Assembly (NCBI GenBank): GCA_020725385.1 | Contig: DYFC01000049.1 | Coordinates: 1-39,737 of the forward strand | From: Nitrospira japonica | Lineage (GTDB): Bacteria; Nitrospirota; Thermodesulfovibrionia; Thermodesulfovibrionales; SM23-35 | DNA: 39,737 nt | Direction of reading: 5' to 3' | Shown: positions 27,336-38,674 of the stretch, one piece after another | Layout: every line of letters starts with the position of its first letter | Position numbering within the stretch: the stretch's first letter is position 1 | The notes under the pieces: generated by a model | Told to the model about the DNA's origin: nothing | What the model saw: the letters and a program-made list of their open reading frames with translations, nothing else | The model's database searches: none | Translations under genes and position numbers: made by a program

Positions 27336-28976
27336 ATGTTTTCAAATTTCAATAATGCAGCAGAATGCTGGAAGGAGATATTATCTAATATAGAAAAAAA
27401 CAGAAACCTGCTAACTATTATCGAGAAATTTGCTAGAGAAAACACTTCTCCATCGAAGATAGTTTTTGGAACATCAGGATGGCGAGGAGAAATCGGAAGC
27501 GATTTCACTTTCAATAATGTAAGGATTGTAACTTCAGCTATTGTTAATATGTTCAAAAATGCAAATGATACCTTATTGAAATCTCTTGGTGTTAAGGATT
27601 TTGAAGATGTAATGAAACGGGGAATTATAGTAGGCCATGACAATCGTTTTCTTGGTAAAGAATTTGCTATGGAAGTAATTGGAATTCTTCAAAAAGAAGG
27701 TATCAAAACATGGTATGCTGGAGAGGCTCCAACACCGCAATTTTCTGCCGGGATAGAAATCTTAAATGCTGCCTGCTCAATCAATCTAACTCCTTCTCAC
27801 AATCCTGCTAATTATGCCGGTTTTAAATTTAATCCATCTGATGGCGGACCAGCAGGACCGGAAATCACTTCCAAAATAGAGGAAATTGCTAACCACATGA
27901 TGAAAAAAATGGTTTCATTTCCACATGTAAAAGTCAAAGACATTGAATATCTAGACCTTAATGAATTATATATTCGCTATTTGAATGAAAGGAGAACCAT
28001 TGACCTCATCAAAATCAAGAAATTTATAGATACCGAAGATTGTTTCATTTGTGTTGATAATGTTCATGGTTCAACAAGGGGTTGTCTTGAAAAAATAATC
28101 GGGATCAATAACAAAATTGTCTATTTACGGACAGAGGACGATTACCTATTTGGTGGTATTTCTCCTGAACCATCTGAGAAGAATATGCAGAAGGTAGATG
28201 AAAAACTAAAAGGGAAAAAAGCAAAGTTTAAGCTCGGAGTTATAATGGACCCTGATGGAGACAGGATAAGATTTTCTGATGGAAATATGCAAATACCGAT
28301 GAATTATTTCGGAGCTATGGCATTTCATTATCTTCACAAGATTAAAGGCTTTAAAGGAATAGTTGCTAAATCTGTTGGAACAAGCAATCTGGTTAATGCT
28401 ATCGCAGAGAAACTCGGTGTGCCTGTTAGAGAGACAAAGGTTGGATTTAAAAACTTCAGACCATTTATGCTCAAAAATTCAAACGAAAAAGCAATTGTTG
28501 CTTTCGAAGAATCCGATGGCATTTCAGGGTATAATCATACTCTTGAAAAAGATGCTTTGTTTGGATTTCTCCTCGCCTTAGAAATGATTGCAGTAATAGG
28601 CAAGAATCTGAGTGAATATTTAAACGAGATTATGGCTGAGTTTGGTTATTACTATCCAGACAGGTCAGGAATAACAGTCTCTCCTGATTTGGTTGGCGAA
28701 CCTTTAATAAAAGGGCTCGCAAAGATAAGCGATAGATATAAGAAAGGTTCGGCTGTAACTATTGGAAACCATGATAGAATAATCAAGGATGTTATTACTA
28801 TCGATGGAACTAAACTTGTCTTTGACGATGGTTCATGGCTTATGATAAGACCGTCGGGAACCGAGCCAAAAGTTCGTTTTTATATAGAAGCACGAACAGA
28901 AGAAGGGAAAAAAGATGTCTTTATTTTAGCTGAAAAAATAACAAAAGAAGCTCTGCTTGATATTAAAAAGCCTTAA
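27336..28976 (+). CDS. Phosphoglucomutase/phosphomannomutase family protein
   Basis: FGTSGWRG, TPSHNP phosphoserine, DPDGDR, VGFK, EES, RPSGTEP. Start at ATG 27336 with SD AGGAGG. Confidence 0.95.
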   Translation: MFSNFNNAAECWKEILSNIEKNRNLLTIIEKFARENTSPSKIVFGTSGWRGEIGSDFTFNNVRIVTSAIVNMFKNANDTLLKSLGVKDFEDVMKRGIIVGHDNRFLGKEFAMEVIGILQKEGIKTWYAGEAPTPQFSAGIEILNAACSINLTPSHNPANYAGFKFNPSDGGPAGPEITSKIEEIANHMMKKMVSFPHVKVKDIEYLDLNELYIRYLNERRTIDLIKIKKFIDTEDCFICVDNVHGSTRGCLEKIIGINNKIVYLRTEDDYLFGGISPEPSEKNMQKVDEKLKGKKAKFKLGVIMDPDGDRIRFSDGNMQIPMNYFGAMAFHYLHKIKGFKGIVAKSVGTSNLVNAIAEKLGVPVRETKVGFKNFRPFMLKNSNEKAIVAFEESDGISGYNHTLEKDALFGFLLALEMIAVIGKNLSEYLNEIMAEFGYYYPDRSGITVSPDLVGEPLIKGLAKISDRYKKGSAVTIGNHDRIIKDVITIDGTKLVFDDGSWLMIRPSGTEPKVRFYIEARTEEGKKDVFILAEKITKEALLDIKKP

Positions 28977-28988
28977 CTTAAAAACAGT

Positions 28989-29321
28989 TTATTTTTTTGT
29001 TATCGAAAACAAAGGTTCTTTGATACTCTCACTCTTGCAAACAGGGCATTTCCCAGGTTTTCTAAGCTTTTCTCTTTTTATAAATTCAAAACCACATCTG
29101 TTGCAAACAGGAGGGATTATTTTTAATCTATACTCCTTCTTTCCTACAACAGTTTTTCTAATATGTTCAAGATGTTCATAAACTTCTTTTTCTGGAATTG
29201 CTATCTGAACCGATATTTCTTTTGCAGACAATTTTATTCCTTCAAGCACTCCAAGTATTGCCTGCCTTATTGTTTCTTTTCTTTCAACAGGCATGTAAGG
29301 TTTAAGCGATCTGTTTTTCAT
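28989..29321 (-). CDS. HTH + Zn-ribbon predicted transcriptional regulator (COG3357-like)
   Basis: TIRQ, SAKEIS...EKEVYEHLEHI, CNRCGF, CPVCKSE. Confidence 0.8.
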   Translation of the reverse strand: MKNRSLKPYMPVERKETIRQAILGVLEGIKLSAKEISVQIAIPEKEVYEHLEHIRKTVVGKKEYRLKIIPPVCNRCGFEFIKREKLRKPGKCPVCKSESIKEPLFSITKK

Positions 29322-29328
29322 TAATTTT

Positions 29329-30444
29329 TTATCCCGAAAGAACTCTATACATTGATTTAATAAAATTATCTAAAAGAAATGGATTAAACATCCCTTCTGA
29401 TTCATTTTTCATAACAAAAAGTATTTCTTCGAATTCCAGTTCTTTACGATATGGCCTTCTACTTCGTAAGGCGTCAAAATAGTCTGAGATTGCAACTATC
29501 TGCGAGCAAATATGCTGTTTCCTGCCATCATTTTTTATTTTAGGATAACCTTTTCCATCAAATCTCAGATGATGTTCATAAGCTACGATTGGTGCAAGAC
29601 GGGTTAGACTTTCTATTTTTGCGAGATATTTCGAACCATAGACCGTATGAAGTTTAATTTCATTCCATTCCTGTTCATCAAGTTTTCCTTTCTTTTCAAG
29701 AATATTAACATTGACGAAAATTTTGCCAACATCATGCAAAAGTGCAGCTATTCCTATATCATGCTTTATGTCATCTCTGACTCCAAGAGTTTCAGCCTGA
29801 AACATTGACAAGACAGCAACATTTGTTGCATGTACATATGTATATTCACTTGCGGATTTTATAGGGCATAATAGCTTTAAAATATTAGCTTCTTTCTTGA
29901 AAGCTGCAGCAAATTTTAAGACAATTTCTTCCAATCCGTAAGTTTCGAGTTTCTTAAAGTGTGACACATTAGTAAATATTTCCTTTACCCCATTTGCTTG
30001 TAATGCTGATAATTGACTTATATCTCCAATCCTAAAATCTTCTGTTAAATTTTGCCCCCCTAATCTTATATCAACAGCTCCGGTTAAAATATGTGGAAAT
30101 CCTTTTGTGACTTTATCTTTATCTAACAACGAAACAATAAAGTCTTTTATTTCCATAAATTCAACACCCTTCAAAATATCAACACGTGAGATACCTTTGC
30201 GCTTGAGTTTCCTTATCAGATTTACCACCTGAATCCCGGCATTTCTTATCAATGTTTTATTAATAACAATATCATCTTCTATAATCATAATCTCGAGAGA
30301 TTCTGAATCATTGAATAAAATATTTAAAGCATCTAATGCTTTCGTAATGAACTCGTTTACAGATGCATGTTCTCCCGAATAAAGAGAACAATTTAAGACA
30401 GCAGATGTAAATGATGAAAGGAACTTATTAATTGTCTCGATCAT
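29329..30444 (-). CDS. HD-GYP phosphodiesterase with uncharacterised N-terminal domain
   Basis: YTYVH, LHDVGK, EHHLRFDGKGYP, FDALRSRRPY. Confidence 0.9.
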   Translation of the reverse strand: MIETINKFLSSFTSAVLNCSLYSGEHASVNEFITKALDALNILFNDSESLEIMIIEDDIVINKTLIRNAGIQVVNLIRKLKRKGISRVDILKGVEFMEIKDFIVSLLDKDKVTKGFPHILTGAVDIRLGGQNLTEDFRIGDISQLSALQANGVKEIFTNVSHFKKLETYGLEEIVLKFAAAFKKEANILKLLCPIKSASEYTYVHATNVAVLSMFQAETLGVRDDIKHDIGIAALLHDVGKIFVNVNILEKKGKLDEQEWNEIKLHTVYGSKYLAKIESLTRLAPIVAYEHHLRFDGKGYPKIKNDGRKQHICSQIVAISDYFDALRSRRPYRKELEFEEILFVMKNESEGMFNPFLLDNFIKSMYRVLSG

Positions 30445-32588
30445 TTTTGAACCTTTTGGCTTAATCTTTTTGACTCGCTTCTAATAATCTCATTTTTTGA
30501 TTTCAAGCCTTCTTTTAAGATATCCTGAATACTATCAATTGGATAGTTTCTCAAAGATTTATATATTTCTTCATTAAGATGTTCGATAGCGTTCTTGAAT
30601 AGCAGTTTTTTTGAAACAAGCAGGTCTTTTAAAGTCTCTAAAGCACGTGGATCTCCTATTTCACCAAGTGCCCTGACAACCAGGACTTTTTGGTAAACAT
30701 CAGCACTACTTAAAGTCCTTTTCTTTAAAATACGCAAAAGATCATCAACAGCTTCATTAACCCTATACATACCTGAAAGATTTGCTGCCATTTCTATATC
30801 TTCAAATGAACCAGATTTTAGAGAATTCTTTAGAGATGTAATGCCATATTCATCACCGTAATTTAAGAGGCATCTTAAAGCTTCAAAACAAACTTTAGAA
30901 TTATTATAATTTGCATACGGTCTTATATAAGGTAATATTTCAATGTTTTTCGAATCGGCAAGAAGATAAAGCATATTCCTTTTTACGAACCATCTCTTAT
31001 CTTCAAGTCTTTTTAAAGCTTCTGGAATTAATTTATTTCCAAAACGTTTCAATAAATTTATTAAAAATTTTCTCATAATTGGCGATTCTTCATTAGAGAG
31101 AGCATCCATTAATAACGGGATAATAAGTTCTCCATAATAATCGCAGATAAGCCAAACTTCCTCTCTTGATTGTCGTCCGAATATTCTAAATGTATCAATC
31201 AGTCTTATTAGAAAATCATCCGAGTAAAAATATTTAATAAATTGTTCTGTTATTTCAGGGTATTTTTTATTTTTTTCATTGTAAGAAATTAATTTTAAGA
31301 GCTGGTATATCTGACCAAATTGTCCTGTATTTACAAATTCTTCAACTCTTTCATTAAGAAGGTTTATAAATATTCTATATTCCTCAATATCTGTAACAAA
31401 ATCTGATTGCAGTAAATCAATAATAATTTGACTAAAATATCTTTCAATATAATCGTCATTATATTCTTTATCGAATTCTTTAATGACATCGGACCCGGCA
31501 ATTGGCAATGAATATCCAAGGAGTTTTCTGATTTCAGACATATATTTTTCACTAACAAATTTTTTTTCATCCCCTTCCATCATTAGTTGCCTGGCATCTC
31601 CCGAAAGAAATATATCATCAATTATATAGTCACTTCCTGGGATAAAATGCTCATCAACCATAGAAGGCAGAGAAGAGAATTTGTCAATAAGATTTTTAAG
31701 GTTCTCGGGGATCATTAAATTTTGTTCATTTATTGAATTTATAAATTTTACTGCTTCATCTACACTTATTTCATTAAAAAATCTCTTTGCAGCTTGAACA
31801 TCCTTTGACACAACCCTGACAGTTGAAGCAAGAAATTGTTTCTTAATCTCGGGCTTCAATGCGTTGATTAATTCATTTAATTTCTTCATTTCTTGATCTG
31901 AGAATATATTTGAGGAAGGTCTACTTATATATGAAGTTATTACTTTATCATATGACTCTTCTTTTACCTCATCCGTGATAGTTCTGTTAAGATAACTGCC
32001 GAGAGCATCAGGGGAAATACCCTGAATCATATCAGACACATCTTCCGATTGAAGAGCACCTGTTAGCAATCCATATATGTATTTTTCCCAAATAGATGAC
32101 TTCTTTGAATTCTCCTCTACATTGGTGGAATCAACAAAAGAGAATGCATCATAATTAATAAAACCGATACTTAACTTTTTTAATGGTTGCTCAACAAACT
32201 TCTTTTCGATTAACTCGGGAGAATCAACCAATGTTTTATCTGTAATTGTTTTTTGAAATTCATATAGTTCATCTTTTGTAATGCCTTTTTTAAATGTTAT
32301 ATAAGCGACTCCCAATCTATTCATATATAGGGCAAAATCCTTATAAACAGGGTTTTTCTTTTCTAAAAAAAACTCATCTATAATAAGGGTATCTTTTGCA
32401 ATAGCGATTGTAATATCTTCTCTTAATTCAAAAATCTTTTGCAATAAATCAAAAGAACGGTTCAATGATTTCTCTACAGAAGGATGGTCTTTGGGATAAA
32501 TTGTTACATTACGCCTTGCTATATTGAGTTCAATTATAGCATCACTAAGAAGACGTGCATCTATGCTGAGTTCTTTTTCCCCTGGCAT
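30441..32588 (-). CDS. HEAT-repeat protein with uncharacterised N-terminal domain
   Basis: C-terminal HEAT-like repeats (LEDKRWFVKRN, VRALGEIGDPRAL); ATGA overlap with the HD-GYP gene. Confidence 0.82.
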   Translation of the reverse strand: MPGEKELSIDARLLSDAIIELNIARRNVTIYPKDHPSVEKSLNRSFDLLQKIFELREDITIAIAKDTLIIDEFFLEKKNPVYKDFALYMNRLGVAYITFKKGITKDELYEFQKTITDKTLVDSPELIEKKFVEQPLKKLSIGFINYDAFSFVDSTNVEENSKKSSIWEKYIYGLLTGALQSEDVSDMIQGISPDALGSYLNRTITDEVKEESYDKVITSYISRPSSNIFSDQEMKKLNELINALKPEIKKQFLASTVRVVSKDVQAAKRFFNEISVDEAVKFINSINEQNLMIPENLKNLIDKFSSLPSMVDEHFIPGSDYIIDDIFLSGDARQLMMEGDEKKFVSEKYMSEIRKLLGYSLPIAGSDVIKEFDKEYNDDYIERYFSQIIIDLLQSDFVTDIEEYRIFINLLNERVEEFVNTGQFGQIYQLLKLISYNEKNKKYPEITEQFIKYFYSDDFLIRLIDTFRIFGRQSREEVWLICDYYGELIIPLLMDALSNEESPIMRKFLINLLKRFGNKLIPEALKRLEDKRWFVKRNMLYLLADSKNIEILPYIRPYANYNNSKVCFEALRCLLNYGDEYGITSLKNSLKSGSFEDIEMAANLSGMYRVNEAVDDLLRILKKRTLSSADVYQKVLVVRALGEIGDPRALETLKDLLVSKKLLFKNAIEHLNEEIYKSLRNYPIDSIQDILKEGLKSKNEIIRSESKRLSQKVQK

Positions 32589-32625
32589 TCTTAATTAGCC
32601 TTAGTCGGTTGTTAATAAATTATTT

Positions 32626-33633
<1,008 letters not shown>

Positions 33634-33657
33634 TTACTTTCAATAACATTTTTTTAC

Positions 33658-33689
33658 AAAAAAAAAGGCGGGTTTTACACCCGCCTTTT
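33658..33689 (-). terminator. Rho-independent terminator after rplU-rpmA (possibly bidirectional)
   Basis: AAAAGGCGGGT-TTTAC-ACCCGCCTTTT with a long A-run on the left (U-tail on the minus strand). Confidence 0.85.
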
Positions 33690-33701
33690 GTATTTTCTTT
33701 T

Positions 33702-33971
33702 TTATAGCTGTGCAGGCATTTCAGGATAAACACTTATTTGAAGTCTTGTCCTGTCTTTTCTTTCAAAATTAACAAAGCCGTCTATCTTGGCAAAAAGTGT
33801 ATCGTCAGAACCTTTTCCAACATTTACACCTGGATGAAACTTTGTGCCGCGCTGCCTTACAAGAATATTTCCCGCACGCACAAACTGACCCCCGAATCTC
33901 TTGACACCGAGTCTTTTTGACTCGCTATCTCTTCCATTCCTTGAACTTCCAACTCCTTTTTTATGTGCCAT
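33702..33971 (-). CDS. rpmA: 50S ribosomal protein L27
   Basis: [16 protein letters not shown]...RQRGT. Confidence 0.98.
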   Translation of the reverse strand: MAHKKGVGSSRNGRDSESKRLGVKRFGGQFVRAGNILVRQRGTKFHPGVNVGKGSDDTLFAKIDGFVNFERKDRTRLQISVYPEMPAQL

Positions 33972-33973
33972 AT

Positions 33974-34291
33974 TTATGCCTCCAGAATTATATCTTTTAT
34001 CTTTAATGATGTATAAAACTGCTTATGTCCGTTTGTTTTCCGGTAAACTTTACGTGGTCTTTGCTTATGCACAATAATTTTAGGATACCTTCCTATACCC
34101 TCAACAGTGGCAACTACTTTTGCCCCGGCAATATAAGGAGAACCGTAAATTATTTTATCATTCCCGGAGACCATTAGTATCCTATCGATTACAACATCTG
34201 CACCGTTCCCGGCATTAAGTTTTTCAACCTTTAATACTGAATCTTTTGTAACTCTGTATTGTTTTCCACCAGTTTCAATTATTGCATACAT
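33974..34291 (-). CDS. rplU: 50S ribosomal protein L21
   Basis: [12 protein letters not shown]...GHKQ; start at ATG 34291 after GGAGG. Confidence 0.97.
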   Translation of the reverse strand: MYAIIETGGKQYRVTKDSVLKVEKLNAGNGADVVIDRILMVSGNDKIIYGSPYIAGAKVVATVEGIGRYPKIIVHKQRPRKVYRKTNGHKQFYTSLKIKDIILEA

Positions 34292-34409
34292 ATATTCCAC
34301 CTCCGAATTAGTAATTTACCATAAAATACATTTAAAAAACAAGGTTTCTAAATGAACGTTGAATTACCCATACAAACAGTTTATTAGAGTTTTATCTGGT
34401 TCTTTAACC

Positions 34410-35096
34410 TTATAGTAGATCTTTTTCAAGTGAATTTATAAATGATACAAGTATGTCTTCATCCTGTTCTGACATTTTTAGAAATTCAATACCAACTTCA
34501 TATTTTGTCATATCATTACTTGCTTCTTCTTTTATATTCGAGATTCTTGTAAGAATCTTAAGGCTATGGGAATTAATAAAGAGTTCCATCTCACATTGTG
34601 TTTCAATTTCAAGTGGAATTTCTGTCTCTACAAGCATTCCGGACAAGCTTATTTTTTTCACTTTATATTCGTGAGGAACATCAACCTGCATCGTTTTATT
34701 GCCTGACAACTTAAATCTAACTCCACCAAGTCTGTTTTCAAGTTTTCTGGTTCGATTTTGATTGATAAAATTCTGAAGCATCATGGCTTTTTCGCTAAGT
34801 GTATCCGTAAATTTTATCCCGGCACGATAAACGGGAATTATTGAGCCTGTCTCTTTATTTACTTTTGAAATAAGGAATGCCCATACAACTTTTCCTTTGA
34901 GATTGAGCACAGTTTCAGAAAATTTTAACTTAAAAGTATATTCACGGTTTATTTCAAGACGCCTTGGTGTCTCAATTGCTGCACCGTCTATACTGATATT
35001 AAGCACATCTATATCAGAAGTATAAAGCACGTTGCCCTGCAATCCTTCAACAACATATCTTTTGTTTCTTCTATTTTCGCCTGGTTTATCTGTCAC
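34410..35096 (-). CDS. Tandem PilZ-domain protein
   Basis: RRNKR and NISIDG (domain 1); RLGGVRF and KISLSG (degenerate domain 2); G(I)xF C-terminal strands. Confidence 0.85.
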   Translation of the reverse strand: MTDKPGENRRNKRYVVEGLQGNVLYTSDIDVLNISIDGAAIETPRRLEINREYTFKLKFSETVLNLKGKVVWAFLISKVNKETGSIIPVYRAGIKFTDTLSEKAMMLQNFINQNRTRKLENRLGGVRFKLSGNKTMQVDVPHEYKVKKISLSGMLVETEIPLEIETQCEMELFINSHSLKILTRISNIKEEASNDMTKYEVGIEFLKMSEQDEDILVSFINSLEKDLL

Positions 35097-35896
35097 CTTA
35101 TTATAATACCTGCATAACCTACAACCTGTTCATAATCACCGCTAACTTCTCCTGAAGTTGCATACCTAACAAGTTTGGCTGATTCTGCACCAAGAGCTTT
35201 AGCTGCATAAAGCATAACCGTAACAGGAAGGTAACCACACATACTTATTCTTTCTACCAAAACAGTATTATAGAGTCCCTCCGGGTCAAGAGAAAGAATT
35301 TTTTTAATTGCCTTTTCGTCTTTTTTTCTTGCAACATTTTCAGGAACATAATGACTCATATCAGAACTTGCGACGAGCATTACAGGGTAACCTGCAGATT
35401 GAATCGCATTCGCTATTTCTTCACCAATATTTTTACACTCTTCAACTGTTGCCATAAGTATAGTAATAGGAACTATTTTTACCTTATCCGAGAAATAAGC
35501 AATAAAAGGAAGTTGCACTTCGAGTGAATGTTCAAACATATGAGCACTGTTATCCCTTGTTACAAAAGGAGAGTTTCTCAAAATATTATAGGCAAGTACT
35601 TTATCAATGGTAAAAGAACCTGTTGGAATCTCCCATTCTCCTTCATCCATTATAGATACCCGGGATCCTATTCCGGTATGATTCGGCCCCAAAAGCACAA
35701 AAGTTTCAGGGAATTCTATTTCTGAAAAAACAGCTCCTGCAACATGCCCTGAATAAATAAGCCCTGCATGTGGTGATACCACACCAATCGCTCTCTGTTT
35801 TTTTATTCCTTTAACAATATATTGTTCAACCTGATCTATCAGTTTTTGGGAGGAGCTATAATAAAATTGTCCTGCAACCGCCGGTTTTCTCTTCAA
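35093..35896 (-). CDS. amrB: MEMO1-family protein (AmmeMemoRadiSam system protein B)
   Basis: AVAGQFY, PHAG, GPNH, EHSLEVQLPF, SSDMSHY, SMCG, VVGYA. Confidence 0.93.
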   Translation of the reverse strand: MKRKPAVAGQFYYSSSQKLIDQVEQYIVKGIKKQRAIGVVSPHAGLIYSGHVAGAVFSEIEFPETFVLLGPNHTGIGSRVSIMDEGEWEIPTGSFTIDKVLAYNILRNSPFVTRDNSAHMFEHSLEVQLPFIAYFSDKVKIVPITILMATVEECKNIGEEIANAIQSAGYPVMLVASSDMSHYVPENVARKKDEKAIKKILSLDPEGLYNTVLVERISMCGYLPVTVMLYAAKALGAESAKLVRYATSGEVSGDYEQVVGYAGIIIR

Positions 35897-37263
35897 AATT
35901 CTTCTCCTTCATACTGTTGATATTCTCTTTCGGACATATTTACAAATCTTGTACAGTGTGAAAGATATGTAAGGTCAACTATACCTGTTGGGCCATTCCT
36001 CTGTTTTGCAATTATAACTTCAGCATGTCCTTTCTTAGCCTCCTTATTGTAAACCTCATCCCTGTATAAGAAAAGTATAACATCTGCATCCTGTTCTATT
36101 GCGCCTGATTCTCTAAGGTCCGCAAGAATAGGTTTTGGAGGTCTCCTTGCCTCAACGCTCCTATTTAATTGGCTTACAGCAATGACCGGGACACTTAGTT
36201 CTTTCGCTAAGGCTTTCAAAGAGCGGGATATATCTGATATTTCCTGTTCACGTCTTTCAAAACTGCCCTTGCCCTTCATCAATTGAAGATAATCAACAAT
36301 TACAATACTAAGACCATGTTCTATTTTTAGCCTTCTTGCTTTTGCCCTTAACTCAAGTACTGTAATAGCAGAAGAATCATCAATATAAATAGGAGCACCT
36401 GTAAGATTTCCTGCTGCAGCAGTTAATTTATGCCAGTCTTCTTTCTTTATAAACCCTTTTCTGATGCTGTTAGAGTTTACCATTGCCTCTGCACAGAGCA
36501 TTCTAAATGCAAGCTGTTCCTTTGACATTTCAAGGCTAAAAATAGCAACAGGTTCTTTCATCTCAAGCCCGACGTGCTGGGCAATATTAAGGGCAAAGGC
36601 TGTCTTTCCCATTGAAGGCCTTCCACCAACAATGATAAGGTCACCTTTCTGAAACCCGGTAGTCATTTCATCGAGATCCTTAAATCCTGAAGCGACACCT
36701 GTAATTGTTTCTTTTTTATCATAAAGATGCTCGATCATCTCAAAACTGCTTTTAATAACATCTTTAAGTGTTACAAAAGCAGTTTTAACTCTCTTTTCTG
36801 AAATGTCAAAAATTGATTTTTCAGCATAATCAACAATGTCTTCTGCATCAAGATTATCCTCATATACCTTGCTTGAAATTTCATTAACTGATCTTAAAAG
36901 CCCTCTTAATAACGACTTTTCTCTGACTATACTCGAATGGTAACGTACATTGGCTGCTGTTGGAACCATGTTAACCAATGTTGAAAGGTAAGCCACTCCG
37001 CCAATTACTTCTATATCGTTGTTTTTTTTAAGCTGGTCGGTAAGAGTGATAATATCTATCGGTTCATTCTTATCAAAAAGTTCTATCATAGCCTTGAAGA
37101 TTTTTCTATGAGCTATTCTATAAAAATCTTCTTCTTCAAGAATTTCAAGGGATTTTGGAAGTGCATTATTATCTATTAAAATAGCGCCAAGAACTGATTG
37201 TTCAGCTTCTAAATTTTGTGGAGGTAGCCTGTCAAGATTTACTGTAGCTTCTTTTGCTTGCAT
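35893..37263 (-). CDS. dnaB: Replicative DNA helicase
   Basis: PPQNLEAEQSVLG, GRPSMGKT, FSLEM, VDYLQL, SQLNR, LRESGAIEQDAD, KQRNGP; no intein. Confidence 0.97.
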   Translation of the reverse strand: MQAKEATVNLDRLPPQNLEAEQSVLGAILIDNNALPKSLEILEEEDFYRIAHRKIFKAMIELFDKNEPIDIITLTDQLKKNNDIEVIGGVAYLSTLVNMVPTAANVRYHSSIVREKSLLRGLLRSVNEISSKVYEDNLDAEDIVDYAEKSIFDISEKRVKTAFVTLKDVIKSSFEMIEHLYDKKETITGVASGFKDLDEMTTGFQKGDLIIVGGRPSMGKTAFALNIAQHVGLEMKEPVAIFSLEMSKEQLAFRMLCAEAMVNSNSIRKGFIKKEDWHKLTAAAGNLTGAPIYIDDSSAITVLELRAKARRLKIEHGLSIVIVDYLQLMKGKGSFERREQEISDISRSLKALAKELSVPVIAVSQLNRSVEARRPPKPILADLRESGAIEQDADVILFLYRDEVYNKEAKKGHAEVIIAKQRNGPTGIVDLTYLSHCTRFVNMSEREYQQYEGEEF

Positions 37264-37364
37264 GATTTACCAACTGAATAAGGTATTTAACTTATAATGT
37301 CAAATCCTGTTTAATAAAAAATATCCCTAACTAAAAAAGTCCAACCCTGTTATGATTTATTGAC

Positions 37365-37400
37365 TGGAGGATTTTATTTAACCCCTTGTAAAATCCTCCA
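37365..37400 (-). terminator. Hairpin downstream of rplI (possible terminator or stabiliser)
   Basis: 12-bp inverted repeat TGGAGGATTTTA/TAAAATCCTCCA; no clear U-tail on the minus strand. Confidence 0.5.
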
Positions 37401-37407
37401 ATGTTTT

Positions 37408-37851
37408 TTATTCAGGTACCACCTCTACATTAACCGTGGTTGTGACTTCAGGATGAAGCTTGACATTAACTGTATATGTACCGAGACGTTTAATTGGTTC
37501 TTCGAGTATTATTTTCTTTTTATCTATGTCTATGCCCTGATTTTTAAACGCTTCGGCTATATCCATTGAAGTCACAGAACCGAAAAGTTTTTCTTCCTCT
37601 CCTGCTTTTGCTTTTATAACCACATTAAGATTTGACATTTTTGCAGAGAGGTCTTTTGCCTGATTCATAATTTTCTTTGCTTTTTCCTGTATAATTCTTT
37701 TTTGATGCTCCAGAGCTTTCATATTCTTTACATTAGCTTCTAAAGCAACACCCTTTGGTATGAGAAAATTTCTTGCATATCCATCGGATACATCAATAAC
37801 CTGCCCCATATTCCCTAAACCTTTTACATCATCCTTAAGTATAACCTTCAT
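37408..37851 (-). CDS. rplI: 50S ribosomal protein L9
   Basis: MKVIL..DV..LG, GYARNFLIP, KLFGSVT, LHPEV. Confidence 0.97.
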   Translation of the reverse strand: MKVILKDDVKGLGNMGQVIDVSDGYARNFLIPKGVALEANVKNMKALEHQKRIIQEKAKKIMNQAKDLSAKMSNLNVVIKAKAGEEEKLFGSVTSMDIAEAFKNQGIDIDKKKIILEEPIKRLGTYTVNVKLHPEVTTTVNVEVVPE

Positions 37852-38105
37852 TCATTCTCTCCTTTATTTTAGAAAAAATCATATTTCAAAAAAGAAGCTA
37901 TTAATCATAGCATATTTTTCTTTCATGAAGAAAGTTTATGATACAAAAAGACCTCTTGAATTTAATAGTTTTTATTATAACATAATATTAAACAGTCAAA
38001 TATACCAAAATCATTTCACCTAAAAATTACATGGAATAAATCAGATATTAAGGCAATTTAATTAAAGGGAAATATCTTTTTTTTAAAAGTATTGTTTACG
38101 AAATC

Positions 38106-38144
38106 AAAAAAACCACAGATGACTGTTTAAAAGCCATCTGTGGT
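38106..38144 (-). terminator. Rho-independent terminator of the hsp20 operon
   Basis: ACCACAGATG...CATCTGTGGT stem with an A-run on the left (U-tail on the minus strand). Confidence 0.8.
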
Positions 38145-38164
38145 CTGTATGAACTGAAGATTGT

Positions 38165-38656
38165 TTATTCTGCTTTTACCGGGATCTTCTTGGTTTCTTT
38201 TATTGCTTTAGCTGTCTTAGGTAACGATACAGTAAGAACTCCTTTTTTGAATTCAGCTTTTGCCTTGTCTGTATCTATTTCTGCCGGCAAAGGAATAGTA
38301 CGGGTAAATGAACCATAGGACCTTTCCATTCTATAATAATCTTTGCCTTTGTCTTCCTTTTCCTGCTTCTTTTCACCTTTGATAGTTAAAGTATCTTTTG
38401 TGATCGAAACATCGAGGTCCTTGTCATCAATTCCAGGAAGTTCTGCTGAAACAGTAATCTCTTTATCTGACTCCTTAACATCAACTTTTGGAGTAAATGT
38501 TCCGACCCCGAATTTTTCCCATGACGGCCAGACATCAAAACCTCTGAAAAAGTTATCGAACAGAGAATTCATTTCCCTTCTTAAGAGCTCAAACGGGCTA
38601 TACTCTGTTCTTTTTACAGGAAGCTTCTCTTTTGTTGCAGGACTGTTTTTTGCCAT
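38165..38656 (-). CDS. Hsp20/alpha-crystallin small heat shock protein
   Basis: PKVDV.E, AELPG, ERSYGSFTR, AEFKKGVL, IPV. Confidence 0.95.
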   Translation of the reverse strand: MAKNSPATKEKLPVKRTEYSPFELLRREMNSLFDNFFRGFDVWPSWEKFGVGTFTPKVDVKESDKEITVSAELPGIDDKDLDVSITKDTLTIKGEKKQEKEDKGKDYYRMERSYGSFTRTIPLPAEIDTDKAKAEFKKGVLTVSLPKTAKAIKETKKIPVKAE

Positions 38657-38674
38657 ATCTTATACCTCCTTTTT

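Noticed and set aside
27278-27643. 121-aa minus-strand ORF and other overlapping 60-170 aa ORFs in the track (e.g. 2037-2405, 9430-9828, 18350-18772, 38343-38843)
   Set aside because: Antisense or alternate-frame shadows of well-supported genes, with no motifs or RBS.
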